Source: Fidelibacterota bacterium (lineage in GTDB: Bacteria; Fidelibacterota; Fidelibacteria; Fidelibacterales; DSDE01). From it: a stretch of DNA of 64,000 bases. The stretch is from contig JBJKQR010000020.1 of the NCBI GenBank assembly GCA_046735395.1, positions 23,926 to 87,925 on the forward strand, given 5' to 3'. Positions 57,257 to 64,000 of the stretch are shown here, in pieces. The translations under genes and the position numbers were made by a program. A model generated the notes under the pieces. The model saw only the letters and a list, made by a program, of their open reading frames with translations, made no database searches and was not told the origin of the DNA. How positions within the stretch are numbered: the first letter of the stretch is position 1; every line of letters starts with the position of its first letter.

Positions 57257-58765
57257 ATGAAACGATTGATAATAATACTTTCTTTTGCTGTTCTGGCCTG
57301 GATGATGGCATCCTGCGACGATCCCTTCAGCCAGAAACTGCCGCCGTCAAAGGCTGTAAACAAAGCGCCCGAAACCTATGTCTCCCTCTTTTTTCTGCCG
57401 GATACCATGCTCTACCCGGGTGATTACTGGCTGAATGCCGGAGATACGGTGGCCGTTACGGATACGATGAATATGGGTCTGGATACGACCGTGAGCATTC
57501 AGGTCGTACACTGGTGGGGCGAAGATCCGGACGGCGAAGTCACGGGATATTATTATCAATGGTCCTATATGGATTCCGCCGTATTTGTGAAGGCGGAATC
57601 GGATACCTTCTACCTGCCGCTGCGTTCACAGTTTGATATCTATACCATCCGTGTCTGGGCGGTGGACAATGACGGCGCCAAGGATCCCACACCGGCTTTT
57701 GTAAGCCTGCCCGTGAAAAATACGCCTCCGGAAATCAGCTGGAAGCTGAATACGCTGCCGCCGGCCTCCGGAAAACTGGATGCCGTTCACACCTCCTTTA
57801 CCCACCATAGTTTTTTCTGGGATGTGAAGGATCTGGACGGACTGGAAACCATTACAACCATTTACTGGGCGCTGGATGACAGCAGCACCTGGAATGTCCT
57901 TGACGGCGATGTCCGCAGCCTTTTTGTAGGCCCGGACAAACTGACCGAAGGGGACCACAGAATCTTTTTCAAAGCCCGGGATATCGCGGGTTCCTATTCC
58001 AATATCATTTCTTTTCCCGATCCAAAGGATACGGATCATCCGAACTATTGGCATGTGAAAGCTCCCAAGGGAGATTTCCTTATTGTTAATGATTACTTCG
58101 GCGATCAGCTGAATTACACGCATCAGGATTTTTACGCCGCGCTGGCGGATTCCCTGGTCGGCCCGGACGGGTACTCCATCTGGGAAATCGGCGGCGGGGC
58201 CACCAATGTTCAGAATTCCATTCCCTATGCCACCGAAGATATCGAAAAAAATCTCAGTTATTTTCATAAAGTCTTCTGGTTTACCTATCGTGGCGATAAC
58301 AGCATCACGCAGGCTTCCCTGGCTCTCACGCGCTTCGTGGCTGACGGCGGGACGCTGCTCATGAATAACGCCATGAAATTTATTAACGAGAGCAGCCGCC
58401 CTGACACAGCCTGGACCTTTACCAGCCTGGATACCGTGTATTCACTCAGTCCGAATGGCCTCCTCATGCCGGGATCTGTTCTCAATGCCTTCTGGAATGA
58501 CGCGAACCTGGACACAACCCTGGAATTGTCCCTGTCCAAGGGTATCTATGACCGCCTCTGGGCGATTGAACCCGGCCCCGGGGCAAAGATCCGCTACCGT
58601 TTTGAGCCGGACAGCCTGAACCTCAGCGACTACAGCGGCACTCCCGGGATCATGGTGGAAACCCCCATCAATAAAGGGGTAAGTTATTACTTTTCCATTC
58701 CTCTCATGTACTGTGACGGGAATTCCAACCTCGATGAATTATTTAAACTAATATTTGGGTTCTGA
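57257..58765 (+). CDS. Lipoprotein with Ig-like repeats
   Basis: Lipobox MASC; NKAPET, W.GEDPDGEV.GY, VWAVDNDG..DPTPA. Confidence 0.65.
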   Translation: MKRLIIILSFAVLAWMMASCDDPFSQKLPPSKAVNKAPETYVSLFFLPDTMLYPGDYWLNAGDTVAVTDTMNMGLDTTVSIQVVHWWGEDPDGEVTGYYYQWSYMDSAVFVKAESDTFYLPLRSQFDIYTIRVWAVDNDGAKDPTPAFVSLPVKNTPPEISWKLNTLPPASGKLDAVHTSFTHHSFFWDVKDLDGLETITTIYWALDDSSTWNVLDGDVRSLFVGPDKLTEGDHRIFFKARDIAGSYSNIISFPDPKDTDHPNYWHVKAPKGDFLIVNDYFGDQLNYTHQDFYAALADSLVGPDGYSIWEIGGGATNVQNSIPYATEDIEKNLSYFHKVFWFTYRGDNSITQASLALTRFVADGGTLLMNNAMKFINESSRPDTAWTFTSLDTVYSLSPNGLLMPGSVLNAFWNDANLDTTLELSLSKGIYDRLWAIEPGPGAKIRYRFEPDSLNLSDYSGTPGIMVETPINKGVSYYFSIPLMYCDGNSNLDELFKLIFGF

Positions 58766-58769
58766 CAGT

Positions 58770-61499
58770 ATGCTAAAACGAAAATTGATACGATATGTCC
58801 TGGCAGCTGCGGCCACGGTTCTGATGACGGCGGCTCTGCCCCTGTTCGGCCAGTCGCAGAAGGCAGGAATTTCCGGTGTTGTCTATGACAATACCACCAA
58901 TACGCCCCTGCCGGGTGTGAATCTGGTTATCAAGGGGACCTATTACGGCACCGCTTCTGATATGGACGGCCGTTTCTATATCCGTGACATTACGCCGGGT
59001 GCCTATGATCTGGAAGTCTCCATGATCGGCTATACTCAGCAGCTTATTTCCGGAATAGAACTGGCGGCCGGTGAAACCAAAGAGATGGATGTCCGCCTGG
59101 AACCGACGGTTCTGGCTCTGGGCCAGGAAGTGACCGTCATCGGACGGCGCCCCATCATCGATGCCGATGCCACGTCCTCCTCCGTTTCCTTCAGAAGTTC
59201 CGAACTTGAAGGAAAGATTGTTGAAAATGTTCAGGAAATCATCAAACAGCAGCTCGGTGTCTCCGAATCGGATGATGAGATTCACATCCGCGGCGGCCGT
59301 GCTGATGAGGGCCAGTTCATTGTGGACGGCCTGGCCATCAAGGATCCGCTGACCGGAAATACGAACAGTCTCTATATCAACCCCAACGCCATTCAGGAGC
59401 TGGAATTCATTACCGGCGGTTTCAATGCCGAGTATGGACAGGCCATGTCCGGCATCATTGACGTGAAGCTGAAGGAAGGCGCCGATAAGCTGGAAGGCTC
59501 CTTCAAATATAAGAATGACCGTTTTGCCGTAAAGAATTTCAATACGGATAATGTGGAATTTTCCCTGGGCGGACCTATTTTCAAATCCGGGCTGGGTTTT
59601 ATTCCGGGCAATCTGTCCTATTTTACCAGCGGGTATCTGAATGTGGCCGATTCCTATCTGCCGACCGCAACCAAACTTTATCCATACCGGAGCTGGATGG
59701 ATCCCTTTACACTCCGTGCAAATAACGACATGTCCCTCATGGCGAAACTGAGCTGGATCATCACGCAGAAGCATAAGTTCTCCGTCAGTTACAATCAGTC
59801 CGTGAATGTGAATCAGGGATCCTTTCCCTATGCCTATGTCAATATTCTGAATAATTATCCCACCACGACCCAGGAAAGCCGGGTTGTCAATACACAGTGG
59901 ATCCACACTCTGAATCCCAAAACCTTCTATACCCTCAATTTCGGGTATTTCTACACGGGCCGTCACCGGTCTGTTCAGAACAAGGACTGGAAGGATTACA
60001 CGGAAACGCTGGATCTGGATCCGACGCACTATGATCCCCTTGACAATTTCGGAAACATCCGCGTCAGCAGCGGTGACAAGTTCTGGGATTACGGAGACGC
60101 GCCCAACTGGTACGATTATTATAGTAAAAATTACTCCCTGGAAGGCGCCATGACCTATCAGCCCTCCGACCGTCATAAATTCAAGGGCGGATTTCTGCAT
60201 CGCTACACAGAGATGCAGGTGGTGGATATCTACAAGCCCTGGATGGGCTCAAACGGCTTCGGAGAAAGCTACGACTTTTACAAGGTCTATCCCTCAAACG
60301 GCTCACTCTATCTGCAGGACAAGATCAGTTTTGAGGGCATGATCACCAATATCGGTATCCGGTATGATTACTGGCTCATCGGTGATTATGTCACGGAGGC
60401 AGTGGACAATCCGGAGGTTCTGACCATCACGGAAGCCGGCCGGAAAAAATACTATCAGGATACCTTTTCCATGTTCGGGCACCGGGCCAAGGCTCACCTC
60501 AGCCCGCGTCTCGGTATCTCTCACCCCGTATCCGACAGCGATGTGCTCTATTTCAATTACGGACATTTCTCCCAGCTGCCCACGTATAATTATGTCTACG
60601 CGAAGCTGTCCACCGTTTCAGATGCCACCTATCAGCTGATCGGGAATCCGAATCTCAATCCGAAGACAACCGTATCCTATGAAATCGGCCTGAAACATAA
60701 ATTTTCATCCAGCACGGCTCTTGAGTTCAAGGCCTATTACAAGGATATGTTCGATTACGAAACATCCCAGTCCATCACAACCTTCAATCCGCTCATCGGA
60801 CGTTACAGCCTGACCATGTACATTTCCATGGATTATGCCCGGAGCCGCGGTATTGAAGTGACCTTCCGCAAGATGCATGGCAAATATTTCAGCGGCGACC
60901 TGAGCTACAGCTACTCCATTGCCACCGGAAAAAGTTCCACGCCCAATGACAATCTCCTGGTTGAAGCCGGACGTCTGGGCTCCAAGCCCATTACCGAGAA
61001 TTATCTGGCCTGGGATGAACCGCAGAATCTGATCGCCAATTTCAAGATTCAGATGGATTCAAAGAATTCACACGGCCTTTTCGGCCTGAAGGCTCTCAAC
61101 GACTGGAAGATCAACTGGCATGTGGAATACAAATCGGGTAACCGTTATACTCCGAGCGTTGCGACCGATACGCTGTACGCGCCGGACGGAAATATATACG
61201 TCACCGGTTTTTCCCAGTCGGATAAACCCTATTCGGCCTTCGCGGATGCCTACACGACCGTGGATATGAAGATTACCAAATACTTTGATGTGGGTTCCAC
61301 GGAGCTCGCCTTCTTTGTGGATATTGAAAATCTGTTGGATGTGGCCCGCGCGAGACGCATCAATCCTTTCACCGGCAATGGTTATAATCCCGGTGAAATT
61401 ATTTCCGAATCCTACATGACGGGTATCAACCCCAACTACGATCCGAGCCGCAATTATGAACCCAGGCAGATAACAGCCGGAATTTCTCTGAGGTTTTGA
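58770..61499 (+). CDS. TonB-dependent receptor with N-terminal carboxypeptidase-regulatory-like domain
   Basis: ISGVVYD..PLPGVN, IHIRGGR, TGGFNAEYG..MSG, SPRLG, GNPNL.P, C-terminal Phe. Start moved to ATG 58770. Confidence 0.92.
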   Translation: MLKRKLIRYVLAAAATVLMTAALPLFGQSQKAGISGVVYDNTTNTPLPGVNLVIKGTYYGTASDMDGRFYIRDITPGAYDLEVSMIGYTQQLISGIELAAGETKEMDVRLEPTVLALGQEVTVIGRRPIIDADATSSSVSFRSSELEGKIVENVQEIIKQQLGVSESDDEIHIRGGRADEGQFIVDGLAIKDPLTGNTNSLYINPNAIQELEFITGGFNAEYGQAMSGIIDVKLKEGADKLEGSFKYKNDRFAVKNFNTDNVEFSLGGPIFKSGLGFIPGNLSYFTSGYLNVADSYLPTATKLYPYRSWMDPFTLRANNDMSLMAKLSWIITQKHKFSVSYNQSVNVNQGSFPYAYVNILNNYPTTTQESRVVNTQWIHTLNPKTFYTLNFGYFYTGRHRSVQNKDWKDYTETLDLDPTHYDPLDNFGNIRVSSGDKFWDYGDAPNWYDYYSKNYSLEGAMTYQPSDRHKFKGGFLHRYTEMQVVDIYKPWMGSNGFGESYDFYKVYPSNGSLYLQDKISFEGMITNIGIRYDYWLIGDYVTEAVDNPEVLTITEAGRKKYYQDTFSMFGHRAKAHLSPRLGISHPVSDSDVLYFNYGHFSQLPTYNYVYAKLSTVSDATYQLIGNPNLNPKTTVSYEIGLKHKFSSSTALEFKAYYKDMFDYETSQSITTFNPLIGRYSLTMYISMDYARSRGIEVTFRKMHGKYFSGDLSYSYSIATGKSSTPNDNLLVEAGRLGSKPITENYLAWDEPQNLIANFKIQMDSKNSHGLFGLKALNDWKINWHVEYKSGNRYTPSVATDTLYAPDGNIYVTGFSQSDKPYSAFADAYTTVDMKITKYFDVGSTELAFFVDIENLLDVARARRINPFTGNGYNPGEIISESYMTGINPNYDPSRNYEPRQITAGISLRF

Positions 61500-61503
61500 C
61501 ACG

Positions 61504-62505
61504 ATGAAAAATGCAGTAATATTTAAAATCCTGATAAGTTTGGGACTTGCCATCGGGCTGCAGGCCCAGGGCCTCCTGCCCAGTCTCGGCGGCCAGCGTG
61601 TCGCCACATCGGCATTTTCCTTTCTGAAGATCGATCCCAGCGCCAGTGCATCCGCTATCGGGCACGCGTCCGTCGCCAATGACCGCAACGCGTCGGTGAT
61701 GCACTGGAATCCTGCCGCCCTGGTTCAGCTCTCGTCCTTTGCCGCCAGCGCCAGTCACCTGCAGTGGTTTACCGGTATTCAGTATGATTACTTCGCCCTT
61801 GCTCTGCCTGTGGCGGGCAATACAGCCATCGGTATTGACGGAGGTATCCTGCACATGGATCCCATGGAAATTACCAATGAATACAATCCCTACGGAAGCG
61901 GCGAGTGGTTCACCTTTCAGGATTACTTCCTGTCCCTGGCCTGGTCCCAGCGCATGAGTGACCGCTTTTCCTTCGGAGTTACGGCCAAATATATCACCGA
62001 GCGCTATCTCAATCTGAGAACGAACGGTATCATGATGGATCTGGGAACCTGGTACTTTACCGGTTACAAGGATCTGCGCATTGCCGTGTCCCTTCTGAAT
62101 TTCGGATCCCCCATCGCGCCGGCGGGAACCTTCGAACGCAGCGATCTGGACGGAAATGTCTTCACGGATAAATACGAAACGTTTGCGCCGCCCACCACCT
62201 TTCAGCTCGGTGCCGCGATTTCGGTGATCAATACCTCTATCCTGAAGGTTACAACTCTGTTTCAGCTGAACCATCCTGTAGATAATGCGGAGACCTATGT
62301 CTTTGCGGTGGAATCCGAAGTCCTGAAGAGTCTTTCGCTGCGTGCAGGCTATGACATTTCGGGTTCGGAAGCTCCTCTCACCTATGGATTCGGACTCCAT
62401 CCCGGTGCCTGGAAGAATGGCCTGAGTGTGGACTATGCCGTTCAGGATCATCCCTATCTCGGCAGAATACAGCAGATGCAGCTAAACATTTACTTCAACA
62501 AGTGA
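61504..62505 (+). CDS. PorV/PorQ family outer-membrane protein
   Basis: FLKIDPSA..SAIG.A.VA, HWNPAAL, FSFG.TAKYI.E, MDLG, LRAGY, VDYA. Confidence 0.8.
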   Translation: MKNAVIFKILISLGLAIGLQAQGLLPSLGGQRVATSAFSFLKIDPSASASAIGHASVANDRNASVMHWNPAALVQLSSFAASASHLQWFTGIQYDYFALALPVAGNTAIGIDGGILHMDPMEITNEYNPYGSGEWFTFQDYFLSLAWSQRMSDRFSFGVTAKYITERYLNLRTNGIMMDLGTWYFTGYKDLRIAVSLLNFGSPIAPAGTFERSDLDGNVFTDKYETFAPPTTFQLGAAISVINTSILKVTTLFQLNHPVDNAETYVFAVESEVLKSLSLRAGYDISGSEAPLTYGFGLHPGAWKNGLSVDYAVQDHPYLGRIQQMQLNIYFNK

Positions 62506-62506
62506 T

Positions 62507-63814
62507 ATGAGAAAAATGAAAAAATTGTTTATTGTTGTGACCGCAGGGCTGCTGGCCAGCGCCTGTGTGGATACCATGAAACTTCCCTCTCTTCCGGATG
62601 ATGCCGGTATTGTCGTCCCCGGACAGGGAGGTGAAAAATACACGGAAGTACTGCCCCGGTGGGACGAAGACTTTCTCGGCTTTTCAGACATGACGGACAT
62701 GTTCTGCGCCACAGACGGCCGTTTCTATATTGCTGACAGCGCGGACGGCCGCATTCATGTGCTGCGGGCTTCAGGGATGAAGGAGGAAAGCGGCTACGAG
62801 GCGCTCAATAATCCCTATATAGACGGGAAGACGGTGAAAGCGTCTTCGGTCTGCGTGGATTCCCGTTTTATCGTATTCTTCAGTGACGGCGGTGACCGGG
62901 TCTATGCCTGGAATCAGTTCCTGGCCCAGACCGATGTCGTGGCCGTCGTGGATTCGCTGACCCTGATTGCGGATGGTGATACATCCATGATTGCCCCCGC
63001 CGATATAAATTTTCTGCAGGCGACAAATTACAAATTGGATGTGTACAATAACCGGCTGGATACAACGGCACTTGCCATCGATTCCATCGCTGCCCCCTTT
63101 ACATTCTATAATCCCTCCGATGACCTGAACCGGCAGATCAATCCCACCTATGCCGCGCAGCCCAAATCCTTCCGCTCGCTGGCGCCGTCTGAAAGCGGTT
63201 CAAATAATCTCTTTGTCTTTGTGAATGATCACCAGAATAATGTGATTGTCAAAATCAATTTTATTATCGATAAACTGGTGAGACTGAAAAACGGGATGTA
63301 CATTTTTACCTACAAGGGTGTTTTCGGCGGAAATGTGGCTACGCCGGGTACGGGAGCCGGAACCGTTTCAAATATGACGGGAATGGCCAGCGATCAGAGC
63401 GGTAACCTCTATTATTCCCAGCTGGGCGATTATTTCGGCGTCCATAAGATCAAGGCCGGGTCCTACTCCTCCGTCTTCACACTCGGATTGAATGATATCA
63501 TGGACCTGGATCAGTTCTCCTCTGCCATGGATGTGGCTGTGGATAAAAGCGGCAACATTTTCGTTCTGGATTCTACTCTGAATGAAGTGAAAAAGTTTGA
63601 CGCAGCCGGCAGCTATGTAAAATCGCTGGCCGTGACTGAAAGCTGGGTGAAGGACGGCGACTCGCTGATCCTTGTTACGGAAAATAATGTCATGAAACGT
63701 CCCAGTGTCATCGCGGCGTATAATGACATCATTTATATCGGTGATTCGGGAAATCACCGCATTCTTCGGTACACACTTGCTAATGATATTGATATTGAAC
63801 CGCCGGTGAACTGA
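62507..63814 (+). CDS. Lipoprotein with NHL/beta-propeller repeats
   Basis: Lipobox ASAC; FYIADS, DVAVDKSGNIFVLDS, IYIGDSGNHRI. Confidence 0.7.
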   Translation: MRKMKKLFIVVTAGLLASACVDTMKLPSLPDDAGIVVPGQGGEKYTEVLPRWDEDFLGFSDMTDMFCATDGRFYIADSADGRIHVLRASGMKEESGYEALNNPYIDGKTVKASSVCVDSRFIVFFSDGGDRVYAWNQFLAQTDVVAVVDSLTLIADGDTSMIAPADINFLQATNYKLDVYNNRLDTTALAIDSIAAPFTFYNPSDDLNRQINPTYAAQPKSFRSLAPSESGSNNLFVFVNDHQNNVIVKINFIIDKLVRLKNGMYIFTYKGVFGGNVATPGTGAGTVSNMTGMASDQSGNLYYSQLGDYFGVHKIKAGSYSSVFTLGLNDIMDLDQFSSAMDVAVDKSGNIFVLDSTLNEVKKFDAAGSYVKSLAVTESWVKDGDSLILVTENNVMKRPSVIAAYNDIIYIGDSGNHRILRYTLANDIDIEPPVN

Positions 63815-63827
63815 TATTTTCTGCATC

Positions 63828-63857
63828 AAGGCCGGAGGGATCACTCCGGCCTTTTTT
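63828..63857 (+). terminator. Intrinsic terminator closing the locus
   Basis: AAGGCCGGAG-GGATCA-CTCCGGCCTT followed by T run. Confidence 0.9.
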
Positions 63858-64000
63858 ATTTTATGTCATAATTCACTAGTGTTCGGTTATAAGTTAAATA
63901 ATTCCAGCTGTTTATAAATACTGCCATCGTCAGATCTGTATTTAACGTCTGTAAGTAGCTGATAAATAGAAGATTTCTCCAAAATGCTGATACTCAAAAT

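Overview
A 64-kb bacterial chromosomal window. T9SS type-A-like C-terminal domains, PorV/PorQ-like barrels and a TonB-dependent receptor point to a diderm FCB-group organism (lineage inferred, not demonstrated). The housekeeping backbone carries a cation:proton antiporter pair, a CCA-adding enzyme, a Yip1-TolC-MFP-ABC exporter operon, glgB, ppdK, a TrmH methyltransferase, tmRNA, gatB, coaX, an M3 peptidase, a ROK kinase and ComF. Four things stand out. (1) A minus-strand operon (22290-32400) has a C39-peptidase ABC exporter and a tandemly duplicated ~2.3-kb cassette. The two copies encode six double-glycine-leader peptide genes (two absent from the ORF track, one degraded). The five intact cores are all anionic, hydrophobic and contain exactly two Cys. 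The operon also has thioredoxin-like and Yip1 accessory genes, co-diverging membrane proteins and two peptidoglycan-hydrolase-like lipoproteins, but no HlyD. (2) Directly after tmRNA lie four 86-bp palindromic repeats around a minimal GIY-YIG nuclease gene, and the inter-repeat linkers look like truncated copies of that gene's own 5' end. (3) A ~24-kb outer-membrane/T9SS-type locus (39920-63814) looks like a nucleic-acid capture and utilisation system: OB-fold/lamin-tail proteins, a ComEC-like MBL hydrolase, a ComEA-HhH barrel, a 5'-nucleotidase and a TonB receptor. (4) A Trp-rich leader peptide with an attenuator hairpin sits at the left edge. All family assignments come from motif recognition by eye; no searches were run.
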